Positions 52,282 through 64,000 of a stretch of 64,000 bases of DNA are shown here, in pieces (positions within the stretch are counted from its first letter, which is position 1; every line of letters begins with the position of its first letter). This stretch comes from Octopus vulgaris. Its lineage: Eukaryota. The DNA is taken from NCBI GenBank assembly GCA_951406725.2, contig OX597816.1:102300001-102364000 (forward strand), given 5' to 3'. Position numbers and translations under genes: made by a program. The notes below the pieces were generated by a model. That model was not told the DNA's origin. It made no database searches and saw only the letters and a list, made by a program, of their open reading frames with translations.

Positions 52282-55099
52282 TGTATGTATGTATGTATGT
52301 ATGTATGTATGTATGTATGTATGTATGTATGTATGCATGTATGCATGTATGTATGTATGTATGTATGTATGTATGTATGTATGTATGTATGTATGTATGT
52401 ATGCATTTGGGTGATGTGTACACAAACATAATTGAAATTGTATGAAACCAGGCGTATCGTATTAACAGAAGCAGTTTATTTAGTAAATACGAACGCATAT
52501 ACAGACATATTTGTATTTATCATCTGAGAGATCTGTTGCCTTGTGGGTTGTTATGGTATCATTGACGTACTACTGGTCATTACGCAGTGATACTAAGGAT
52601 TGCTGTTGCTTTTTTAGCCCCAGGTCATCTCTGTTCTATGACAAACTGCCATGACCACCTCATCGTTTCGTATATCTAGGTTACTGTTAGTAAACCGTAT
52701 TAGCCCTGTTATTTCGAGATTTAATTTCTTTAATAATCCTGTTATTAGAGTGTCAATATTATATAGGGCCGTATTTTAGATTTAGGTAAATACCTATACA
52801 TAAGCTTTTTATGACATGATATTGAAGGGGAATATTTGTTGCCGAAACTCATTGCACATCACCTAAAATCTCACGGCGCATCACTGCTGACACTAACCAT
52901 CACTAACCTAAGGGACCACGTCGTGCAACTGGTCCTCCTTTTTGTAAGACAGTAGTGTGGTTTGATTTAAGGGAAATTTTCCTGTTATTTCTAGCATTTC
53001 AGGCGACCACATAAAGCGCCTTTCGTTGGCAAGATTACACATGCAGATCTGTGGTATTGAGCAGAATATTTGCTGTAACGATGTTTCTGCATCAGCAACT
53101 CAGCGCTGAATCTGTCTGAAATATAATGAAAATAGGTCAGTTTCGAAATATTGATGTCCAGGTTACAAAAGCAGAGCTTGAAGGGAATAGTAGTCATTTC
53201 CTTTGATTTCTAGATAGAAGCAAATAAGAAATAACACTTACTGAACAAAGACACACACACAAAAAAAGAAAAGAAAAGAAAAGGAAATAAAAATATTGTT
53301 GCATAGTGTTATCATCTGCCCGTGACTGACACAGCCGATCGTTAGGGTGCCATACCCGATTCTCTCTCTGGTAGTCAGCACCTGCTACTGGTCCCTGTTC
53401 TTCGTCATATGCAGAAGTGTTGCGGTGTTGAGACCTGTCTGGCTCTCGAAATTGCGGCAGCAGCATTTTCTTTCCTTTTTTATTTTTTGGCCTTCCTTCA
53501 ATTGTTCAGAATAGTTTTGGAGAGGGAGCCGTGGTATAGCTGTGGTGCTTGTACACCCAATCCACACAAACCAGAAGCAGGACTCAATAGAAACTATAGT
53601 GACCTGCCTCACGGTTAAGTCGATGAGTTTGGATAGTTCTGTATTGTATACCGAGGAGGGAAGAGAAATACGACGTTTCGAGAAAAAAAAACTGCTTCAT
53701 TTGAGAGAGAAAAGTGAAAAAAATTCTGAGGCTTATTTAAACACGCGAACTTAACTGTGGTACCAATATACAACTACTTTGACTGATCTCTAGTAGTTAC
53801 TCTAAGGAAATTTTGCGATAACATGATTTTCCATTGCCTTGGCTCTACAAGTTAAGGAACAACTTTTCAAAGCGCCGGTTTTATTTAGAGCAGTGTGTTG
53901 TTTGTGGCACCTATATGATGGATTCCCTCCTTGTTTCCAACGATAAGCTTTCAGATATGCTTAATACCACAGATTTGCTTGTCAGTTGCTTGACGTTAAC
54001 CACTTGAGCATGTCCCTTAATGGTACACAATTAGTGCATCACTGATCACGAGCAGATGTAGTGGGGGAGCATCATTGCCCTGTGTTGAGAGGGAATCTTT
54101 GCGGGTTTGAATAAATGTAACGAAAGCAAAGTTTGAAGGAAATATCAATTTTTCATATTTGCTAGGGGTAAGCAAATAAAAAATAACAGTTGCTGCTCGA
54201 GGACAAAAAATCGTGTTACACAGTGTAATCTATCGAAATATAGATATTGTACGATGGTATAGAACTTACTACTGTTGGTTGACAACTTATGATGGTATAA
54301 TTCACTGTCATGTCACAAAATCCCTCTCATGTCAAGTCATTAGTGGCAGTAACTTTGGTTACCAAGATTTTTCAGTGCGTAAAATAAATATATTTCGTAT
54401 AAATTGTTTTAAAAAATGTTTACAGTCTTCAATTGGTTCAAGAATAATGCATCACTTAAGAATTGTGGTAGCCAAGCAAGCTATAAATGGTTCAAGCTGA
54501 ACTTCATAAATTGTATAAATGTATAATAAATAAATAAATAAATAAATATAGAACAACATTTGAATTTATTCTTACATTTTTTAAAAAAATTGGGGGAAGG
54601 GCAAGAAGATTTTTATATTTATTTCAAAACATTATTCTAATGTGCATAATTACTCTCAGTGAATTACATTTCTAATACGTAAGTTTTATCAAAGTGTATT
54701 GAAGCGCAACGTCTGTCTATTGCTGTGTATTTTTTCTAAGAAATAGACTATAGTAAATATATTTAATAAGTTTATTTCTAAGATGAGATTAGCATACATA
54801 GTCATTGTTGGCACACCCAAATTATTGAGGTTGATGTGGTTAACGCTCAATTTGAACACATAACAATCGATGTGTTCAGAAAACATTTGGGCAAGTTGGA
54901 AATTATAGGTTACAACCGTGAGTGGGGAAAGGTTGAGAAAAAGCTGTTGGTTCCGGATCTGAAAAGAATCAGCACATATGTTTTGAGGCTTTTTTTTTTG
55001 TTTTTAGGAGAGGCAATAATAATTGCTATAGATTATTGTAATAACTGTATATTATTACTATACATCTAATATGTTGACCAGTGAACTTTTTTTTATTCC

Positions 55100-56180
55100 T
55101 GATTGAAGCGCTCTGCAATAAAGTTTTGTGTTAAACTGAGCATAAACGCTACAGAAACTTATGAAATGCTCCAGACTGCTTTTGAATCAACTTGTATGAG
55201 CCGAATATCTGCTTTTGCTGGCACAAGAGGTTCACGAACGGTAGAGAGAAGGTGAAAGACGATGAGAGGTGATGAAGGGAGCGGGACGTCAGAACATCAG
55301 AAATGGTTGAGAAAAAATTACAATTTTCTGGATGAAGACCACCATATGTCTATAAAGACAATCAGCATACGGTTTTGAGTTGATGTAGCAACTGTACACA
55401 GAATTATTTATGAAGATCTGAACGTCTGCATATTTGTGTAAAGTCTGTTCCCGGGTGTTCAGTGACGAACAGAAAGAAAGACCCGTTTGTGACAGCAGGA
55501 ACATAGTTGAGTTCATTACTTCCAATCCAAGACTACTTGAGTCTCTGGTGGCCTGTGATGAAAGCTGGATTAACTGTAAGGATCCAGACACTAATAGGAG
55601 GAGTGCTCCATGGAAGTATCCTGGTTCCCCAAGACCTATGACGCTCAGGTAAAGCAAGTCCACCGGGATGATCCCCTTTTTTGACAGCAAGGGCACATCT
55701 ACATCCAATGGGTTTCCTCTGATCAGACCGTTAACAAAGTGTCTTTGTGGACGTTTTGAGGCAATTCAGAAAGAGAATTCATTGCAAACGGCTTGAGCTC
55801 TTCCATTCGGATCGGTAGCACCAACACCAGGATAATGCACCAGTTCACAATTCCATTCTGGTACAAACTACTTGACAGAGATGGGCATCAAAAATTTCCC
55901 TCACCTCCCTATAATTCAGACCTTGCTCTCTGTGCTTTTGGTTGTTTTCCAAGCTGAAGGGGAACCTCAGGGGCAGTCGTTTTGAAGATATTGAATAAAA
56001 GGAGAAGGATGTGACAAGGGTCTTGGATACTTTCACTCTAGAAGACTCCCATGGAGCCTTCATGAAGTGGCTACAGCTCTACAGGGGCATCGAAGTAAGA
56101 GAATTCTGCTTTGAAGGAGATTAAAGTTTTTACTTGTTTGAAATTAATAAATGTCTCTTCTGAAAATGTCTCAAAACTTC
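55100..56180 (+). pseudogene. Nearly full-length decayed mariner transposase
   Basis: KRSAIKFCVKL..NATETYEML, VACDESW, HQDNAPVH, PY.SDLA...FWLFSKLK, FEGD*; several stops and frameshifts. Confidence 0.9.
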
Positions 56181-56479
56181 CATGTAAATAAGATGTGCTG
56201 TAGGATTTTGGTGCGGGAATATTTTCCTATTCAGATGATGGCCTAGAATGTGAAAGAATTATTAACACCAGATGTATAAGGATATCTAATATTGCCACTG
56301 CCGAACATTTTCATCAAGAGGAATACTGTCGATGAAACCAATTCCAATGCATGAATATACTCGAGATTTGTTATGCTTGCTCTGGTAAAAGTTTTGAAGG
56401 GGACGCTCATAAATATTTCTTGTGTTGATATACATATACATTCAATAACAGGGGTATTATCTATATTGACCCGAGTGCA

Positions 56480-57060
56480 ATCTTTTCTATAGATAGCATT
56501 GTATATTGTTTTCGCAATAACATTACGCTGCAATAGGAGGTGGTAACTTGATGGCGTTTATGGGCAGCTGTTGATCACGAGCGTAATATTTTTCCTATTT
56601 CTTTTGTCCAGTGTAGCTAAGTTCTACTCTTGGATTGTAAAAGAATAACCTTCAAAGTTTGGCATGTTGTAACGGCTTCGAGTGGAATGCTGAGTGTTTC
56701 TCTTCCAAGACTTTTGTTGCGGTACACTAGCGTAGTAATTCTGAGACCACATGAGAAGTTATCGGGAAGTAAATACTTCTTAAGGAGTTCAATACTGATT
56801 TATAGGATATTGTTCTTTTCACATTTGAATGTATTTTCACTAATACGTATTTGTAGAATTTGTCGCGTGAATCGCGAGAGACCGAAAGACCACTGATGAG
56901 AATATTTTTGGTTTGGAGAACGGTTTCTGCGTTCAGTTATCAAATATCGCCAAATTCCATCTCCACATCAGAAAATGTAACTAAATCCAGTTATTTTTCA
57001 GCATTGTACATTTTTCGGGTATAGATCTTGAAATCGACTACAAAGAAATCATGGGTTACT
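56480..57060 (-). mobile_element. Possible highly decayed LTR-retrotransposon integrase fragment
   Basis: Minus-strand fragments SVLNSLRSIY, KHSAFH, QTLKVIL, WTKEIGKILRS*STAAH fall in integrase-core order; weak. Confidence 0.3.
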
Positions 57061-57899
57061 CTGGTGTCTCTTACTGTTAGCATATGGTCAGTGGATTTTC
57101 CTAAAATGAAAAAAAGCGCAGACAGACTGTCTCTGGAATATTACCTTTAAGATATTTATATCAGAGATATGAATTTATGTACGTACGTACGTACTTACTT
57201 ACTTATGTATGTATGTATGTATGTTTGTATGTATGTATGTATGTATGTATGTATGTATGTATGTATGTATGTGTACGTACGTGTACGCGTGTGAGCGTGT
57301 GCTTACATTCATTGAGTGATATATAATCTTGATGTGGATTTGCTCATTTCTTTCATGGTATTCTTTCTGCTCCACTCCTTCGTCTCTCCTTCCCACCACG
57401 TTACCACCTAATATCACCACCACCACCAAAACCACCACCACCACCACCACCACCACCGCCTCCGCATCGTTATCATTAAGTGCATATCGGCTTTATCGGC
57501 TAATAAAAAATAATCTCGAGTTTGTTTAATTTCCTTTTCCTTAATTAATATCTTGCTAATTAATATTTATCTAATTCTCTAATGCTGGTTAATGTATTAA
57601 TTCTATTAATTTGAAAGTTCGGCAGACAAGAATACGATTGGTTGTCAGCCAGAACACGTCAGCAATGTTATTTCCTTTGCAGCTGTCTCATTGCTATGAC
57701 ATCCTATAATTAATATGAGATTCTGAGGAATTCATGAGCAGTGAAAAACAGTTGCAAAGGTTTGAGACGTGTTCCAGAAGAATCGAATACCGCATCAGGG
57801 TTTCTATATTTGCTTGACGTCGATAGTACACACTTGGGAAAACCACGAATGACGCTGCTGTCCATTTTCCCGGTTAATTTGAAAACAAAAAGTGTCTAT

Positions 57900-58053
57900 G
57901 TGCAGGGGTGACTGTGTGGTAAGAAGCTTATTTCCCAACCTCATGGTTCCAGGTTCAGTTCCACTGCGTGGCACCTTGTGTCTTCTGCTATAGCCTCAGC
58001 CGACCAAAGCCTTGTGAGTGGATTTGGTAGATGGAAACTGAAAGAAGCCCGTC
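57900..58053 (+). mobile_element. SINE family B, 5' part
   Basis: Head through GAAAGAAGCCCGTCG. Confidence 0.85.
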
Positions 58054-59204
58054 GCTTTCAACATCAACATCACCGCCACCCTCTACTACTACCACCACCA
58101 CCGCCATTGCCACTGCTGCCGCCGCCACCGCCACCGCCTCCACCACCGCCGCCGCCGCCGCCGCCGCATGACAACTGACTATAGTCCTTGGACTATTGCT
58201 ATAGCGACAAGATCTGTAAAAAGACACCAACAATGTCCAGACAGAAGGGGTCATGAAGTTGTTGCTTTTATAAAATGTAGCCAAAGATCTCTCTCAAATC
58301 ACATCTTCCCGCCTTAGAAAAGACACATTGGCTAATATGGTTGTCTGTCTGGGTTCCCTTCATATAGGAAAACGATAGGATAGACATTGCTGGAATGTCT
58401 ACGATCATGTCAAAGATCTGCCTGGTCAGGGCTGACCTGGGGCTAAACCTTACTGAAGTTATTTTTCGATGTTAAAACTTTGTTTTTAAATCTTTTATAC
58501 CACCTGGATATTGAAATCAATTAATTTTATATGGCGGCGAGCAGGCAGGTCAGTTAGCAAGTTGAGCAATATGCTTAGCGGCATTTCTTCTGGGTTTTAC
58601 GTTCTGAGTTCAAATCCCGCTGAAGTAAATTTATATACAGCTATATAAGTACATATTTGAATACGCTTGCTGCTCTCCTTTTTATATATTTTAGGTCTAA
58701 TAACAATAATGGTTGTTGTGGGTTCTCCGTCGGTCTCAATGATGGCAATTCAGTTGATCTACCAACTGAATTCATGCTCGTGAAATATATGTGTAAGCAG
58801 CTGAATATACCTCAGATATATGTACCAGGTCGAATTGGTGTGACACAATGAGACAAACCTGCTTCTTTGATTTATAGGAACAGTTCAAAGAGAAGGAGAG
58901 AAAAAATAAGAGAGAAGAATAGAATATAGTCCTAGATCAACACTTCAAGATTCCACAAACAATGTACAGCAAAGTTAACTTCAGCAAGATTTGAACTCAT
59001 TGCACAGAAAGATGGAACTGATACCTCAAAGCATCTTTTCCAGCACAAACAATTTTGTCAACTTGCCGCTTTATAATTAGTTTCATCCTCCTTCTCTTCG
59101 CCGTCGTCGTCATCGTCGTCACCACCACCACCACCACCACCTTTTGCAGCAGCTGTAGTAGTCGCTATTGTCATCGTAGTAGTAATAGTAGTAGTAGTAG
59201 TAGT

Positions 59205-59236
<32 letters not shown>

Positions 59237-59567
59237 TAGTAGAACAGTGGCGTATTACTGGAAGATGGTCATTCCCCTAACATTAACCCATTATATTTTA
59301 ATCAGTAACATGTTATAATCGATCTTTTTGTTTTAATTATTCTTTGTTTTTATAATTCATTTTTATATATATCTACTTTATAATCACGATCATCCCTAAT
59401 CAAATCATTAATTGCTGCCGAACGAAGTGAATCAAGCACGCACATACGCACGCACGCACACATGTGTACGTATGTATGTACGTATGTATGTTTGCATGTG
59501 TGTTTTTAAATGTAGGAGTAAAATATTTTAATCGGCAAATAAAGTTACACACACACACACACATACA

Positions 59568-59702
59568 GGCGTAGCTGTGTGGTAAGTTTGCTTCCCAATC
59601 ACATGGTTCTGGGTGCAGTGGCACCTTCGGCAAATGTTTTCTACAATAGACTCAGGCCGACCTTGTGAGTAGAATTGGTGAGCAGAAAATGAAAGAAGCC
59701 CG

Positions 59703-59748
<46 letters not shown>

Positions 59749-59757
59749 GTGTGTGTG

Positions 59758-59805
<48 letters not shown>

Positions 59806-59980
59806 TGTGTGTGTGTGTGCGCGCGCGCGTGTGCTTGTGCCTGTCACCCCACTGCTGCTTGATAACTGGTGTTTGTGCGTTTACGTCCACGTAAACTAGC
59901 GGTTTAATTCGACTAAAATTTGACAAGGCGGTGGTGCCCCAGCATGGCCGCAATGTGATGACTGAAACAAGTGAAACAAA
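59568..59980 (+). mobile_element. SINE family B
   Basis: Head, internal (TG)/(TA), tail CATGGCCGCAATGTGATGACTGAAAC. Confidence 0.85.
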
Positions 59981-59982
59981 AA

Positions 59983-60030
<48 letters not shown>

Positions 60031-60035
60031 GTCGT

Positions 60036-60391
60036 GGCGCTCCGTCGGTTACGACGACGAGGGTTCCAGTTGATCCGATCAACAGAACAGCCTGCTCATG
60101 AAATTAACGTGGCTGAGCACTCCACAGACCCGTGTACCCCAAATGTAGTTCGCGGGGAGAGTCAGCGTGACAAGGCTGGCCCTTTGAAATACAGGTGCAA
60201 CAGAAACAGGAAGAAAGAGTGAGAGAAAGTTGTGGTGAAGGAGTACAGCAGGGTTCGACCCCACCCCACCGGAGCCTCGTGGTGGTTTTAGGTGTTTTCA
60301 CTCAATAAACACTTACAACGCCCGGTTTGGGAATCGAACCCGCGATCCTACGACCGCGAGTCCGCTACCCTAACCACTGGGCCATTGCGCC
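60036..60391 (-). mobile_element. SINE family C
   Basis: Reverse-complement match to 46245-46628. Confidence 0.9.
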
Positions 60392-60482
60392 TTTTTGTCC
60401 GAGTCAGACACCATGATTGATCGTTAGCCACTACACACATTTTTTTCTCTCCTTGTTTCTCTCATTGTTTTTTTTTGTGCAC

Positions 60483-60518
60483 TTTTCTGTAGAAGAGCGT
60501 AGGCTCGAAACGTAAAAG
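60483..60518 (+). ncRNA. Hammerhead-like motif (CUGUAGA core) in cassette ~60395-60612
   Basis: TTTT-CTGTAGA-A-GAGC(GTAG)GCTC-GAAA-CGT-A-AAAG; cassette ends in (TA)n. Confidence 0.6.
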
Positions 60519-60610
60519 ACTTTTTCTATTCCTGAGCGCTATACTAATACATCTGTTTGTTTTGTACACCACCTGTCTTCGTCTTTTGTTTATTTTCGTA
60601 AACTTTCCCT

Positions 60611-60683
<73 letters not shown>

Positions 60684-60691
<8 letters not shown>

Positions 60692-61265
60692 GCGATGGGT
60701 AAATTGTTGCCCTTTTATATTTTATATTTCGCGCATGTGCGTTGTTTGTTTTTAATTTTGTCGACTACACAGTATAATAGGGTCAGATGCAATTTACTCT
60801 GCCAGAAATTTGGAAACGACATGCTGTACCGCTTGGCATTCGCGCTGGAAGTTCCAATACGAACATTTCAGTGTTTGGGTGTCAATCTGAGAACATGTAC
60901 CGAGAGTGATAAAAATCAAACATTCACTCAACATCATGGTGTTTGGAGTGATCACTAGTGATGGCAACATTATGCCTTCACTTATCTACCCACACGGCCT
61001 CAGACTTGACACAGAGGCTTACATCAAGTGTGTGGAGGAGGTAGTGCTACCCTGGGTCAAGACGGTGTTGCTGGAGGACCCTGTGTCTGGCAACAAGACT
61101 CTGCACCATGCCACACAAGCAGGAGAACCTAGTCATGGTTGTCAGACAATTTCTGCGACCACGTCACCCCTAACTTCTGGCCATCTAACTCCCCAAACTG
61201 CAACCCCCTTGATTATAATGTGTGGAGCGGAGCTGTGCGAGAGACCAGCAAAACTCCTTGTAACA
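60684..61265 (+). mobile_element. Decayed maT/DD37D-like transposon fragment
   Basis: IMVFGVITSDGNIMP...YIKCVEEVVLPW then, after a frameshift, WQQDSAPCHTS...FWPSNSPNCNPLDY. Confidence 0.85.
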
Positions 61266-61338
61266 CTCTTTAATATTTCAAGATATTATACAAGTTTGAT
61301 AAATGAATCTGTTGAAATGAGATACCAGTGTTATTTTC

Positions 61339-61385
<47 letters not shown>

Positions 61386-61386
<1 letters not shown>

Positions 61387-61636
61387 TTTATTTAAAGCAG
61401 CAGAAAAATTCAACAAAACCTGCCATTTGAGTTTCACGTTCCCGTTCGTCGGACAATTTTTGCTAGAATAGAACCGATATCGGTTCTATTCTAGCAAAAA
61501 CTGTCCGACGAACGGGAACGTGAAACTCAGAGTAACAGGTTTTGTTGAATTTTCTGCTGCTTTAAATAAAGCATATTACTCTACCACTGGTATTTGAGTA
61601 CTTTTTTCCACCTTGTTTCACATTTATGTGTTTACT

Positions 61637-61639
<3 letters not shown>
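61386..61639. mobile_element. Penelope-like inverted pseudo-LTR cassette (186-bp palindrome plus tail) between (TA)n runs
   Basis: 93-bp arms meeting at GAT|ATC (61478/61479). Confidence 0.7.
61497..61543 (+). ncRNA. Type I hammerhead ribozyme motif (CCGACGA core)
   Basis: AAAACTGT-CCGACGA-ACG(GGAA)CGT-GAAA-CT(CAG)AGT-A-ACAG(G)TTTT: all three stems, GUA triplet. Confidence 0.7.
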
Positions 61640-61696
<57 letters not shown>

Positions 61697-61994
61697 AATG
61701 TATGTAAAAAATTCTAAGCCAGGTTATTCCTCTTTGAGTATGTGTATGTGTGTGCACTTACTTTAGAAAATTCGGCGGGTATTTTTGTTGAAAATTGGAG
61801 GACTCTTACATAATTTCTACAAGACTTGCTTTGTGTAGAGCCCGTAATATCTGTTTTTAACTGTATTATGGAGATTGTTTATGGTGAAGGGGAAAATAGG
61901 AGAGAAAAGTTGGTGAGGTAGTTTCGTGTTTAGCTCCTCAAAAGCTATTGAAATGTTCGAGCGTTTTGAAGATTTTGCAATTTTGAAAGTGAGG

Positions 61995-62416
61995 GTAAGT
62001 CTATTGCATCGACCCCAGTGTTCAACAGGTACTTATTTTATCGACTCCGAAAGGATGGAAGGCAAAATCATCCCCGGTGGAATTTGAACTCAGAACGTTA
62101 AGACGGATGAAATGCCGTTACACATTTTACTAATCATTTTGTCCGGCGTGCTAACGATTCTGCCAGCTCGCCGCCTTACAAGAGAGTAATAGTAATAATA
62201 ATACTTTCAACTGTAGGCACACGGCCTGAAATTTGAGGGAAGAGATTAAGTCGTTTACATTGATCCCAGTGCGTAACTGGTACTTATTTAATCGATCCCG
62301 AAAGGATGACAGGCAAAGTCAACCTCGGTGGAATTTGAACTCGGAACGTAGCGACAGATGAAACAGCGCAAAGCATTTCGTCCGGCGGGCTAGTGATTCT
62401 GCCAGCTCACGGCCTT
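61995..62416 (-). mobile_element. Two tandem SINE family A copies
   Basis: Copies ~61995-62178 and ~62205-62416, each followed by CCTTACAA...GAGTAATA. Confidence 0.85.
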
Positions 62417-62437
62417 ACAATCGAGTAATAATAATAA

Positions 62438-63302
62438 TCTATCTATAATACATAGAAAGTCAGCTTGAATCTTGCTTGCTTGCTTGCTTGCAATGTTAGC
62501 CAGCCAAACTGGCGCATAATGGGAAAATACTATGAATTAAGTTGCGCCTGAAATTTTAATAGGAACGGAATAAAACAAGTTTCGTGTGAGATATTAGGGG
62601 TTTTCGGGGTATAAATACCCAAAAACGGTGCATGATGGAAAAATATTCAGAAAATAACTTAATCCTGAAAGAGAAGAAACTTACTTTTCGATTAGACAGT
62701 AACTTGACAACGAAAAAGTACGATTTGTTTTTTTTTTTGCAGTTCATGTTCCTATTTTCGCTTTTGTTAAACACAATATTTTAATCATTTAGAAATATTT
62801 TTAAGTGAATGTGATTTCAAAAATGTTGTTTATACAGAACGTATTTATATTTTAGTCAATATTTAACTGTTTTTTTTTAATATCATTTTCAAGTGAATAC
62901 CATTACATAAATTTTGTTTCGCATATTCAGAAAATATTTTAAAGTGGAAATGACTTTAAAGTAAAATAATTTTTTTTTTCTATAGGATTTTTTCGAGTGC
63001 ATTTAACGTATCTCACCACCAAAGATTTGGCTGCTATTTCCAGCATACCCTGCTACCACATAACAGCTATTTCGGATAAAGAACTCGAAATACCTGTTAC
63101 GTGGTAGCAGGGCGTGCAAGAAATAGCAGTCAAATCTTTCATTTTCTGGAGAAAGGATCCATTTACGCGTAATTTCGATGTCACATTCATTGAAAGCATG
63201 CGAAATAACCCGGAAAAGAAAAAAAACAAAAAGAACCCACAAAACTTCGTTGCTGGGAAACTCAGACTTTCCCGGTGACCCAACGGTTCACGGGTAGTCT
63301 AG
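62438..63302 (+). mobile_element. Non-autonomous Helitron-like element
   Basis: 5' TCTATCTATAATA...(GCTT)n; 3' short hairpin ACCC/GGGT then CTAG; between A and T. Confidence 0.7.
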
Positions 63303-63319
63303 TCATTAATAAAAATAAT

Positions 63320-63500
63320 GGCTTCTAACATACACACAAGGTCTCACATTTTGTACTTGATTATATCGACTTAACTAGTATTTTATTTTATTGACACCAA
63401 GCAGACGATGGGCAAGAGGGCATTTGAACTCTGAACGTAAAGATTAGAAGTTAATACTGCCAGACATATCGTCCGACGCTCTAACAATTCTGCTACTTCA
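63320..63500 (-). mobile_element. Old SINE family A copy
   Basis: ATTTGAACTCTGAACGT and CTAACAATTCTGC remnants. Confidence 0.6.
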
Positions 63501-64000
63501 CTACTAAAATTATAATCGTCTTAAAATAAAATGCTAGACTAGAAATTTGCTCGGAGAGAAATTGTTATTTATATCGACTCTAGTACTTGACTAGCGTATA
63601 CAAGTCATCTTTTAAATTGTCGGTGTATATCGTGCAAATAATGATTTATTAATATTGGACAATGTGGTTCCAAATATAAAAATAAATGCGAAATGATCAC
63701 GGCTAGAACGCCTTTGATCATAGATAACTGATCGGTTGCTTAAACATCCAGGAAGAATGTAAATTTATATCCAGCCAAAGTGAAGTAGTTTTGCACGAAA
63801 ATATCACACACCCGGTCAGTCAATTGGTGGCAATACGGGAAGCTTACTGGTTGGTTCGTAAGCTTCCACATCGACCGACGGCGACACAACCAGCTGTGAC
63901 ATTTCTGTTATAGGAGCAGTCAAAAGAAATTATTTCACGTTTGAGCGATTCAGCTACACACTGCTTGCTGTGTTGACTGTGAAATGAAGTAGCGGTAACA

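Overview
AT-rich, repeat-saturated eukaryotic DNA with no intact protein-coding gene. The SINE types, microsatellite density and transposon mix fit a coleoid cephalopod (Octopus-like) intronic or intergenic region; this is inference. Almost all ORF-track entries are translated microsatellites. Recognisable content: several tRNA-derived SINE families in both orientations, 3' LINE fragments (RTE, CR1 and R4/Dong-type), decayed DNA transposons (pogo/Tigger, Tc1, mariner, maT-like, hAT MITEs), two non-autonomous Helitron-like elements, and one probable 1.3-kb minus-strand host exon (24779-26069) that looks like a uORF-rich 5'UTR plus 20 codons. The most notable signal is a set of short non-coding cassettes of several unrelated sequence types next to (TA)n runs. 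Together they carry six type I hammerhead-ribozyme-like motifs, several with recurrent non-canonical cores (CCGANGA, CUGUNGA). Three cassettes have an inverted copy of the ribozyme region, giving 71-93 bp stems. They are best read as Penelope-like pseudo-LTR or retrozyme-type remnants. All structures were folded by eye; no searches were run.
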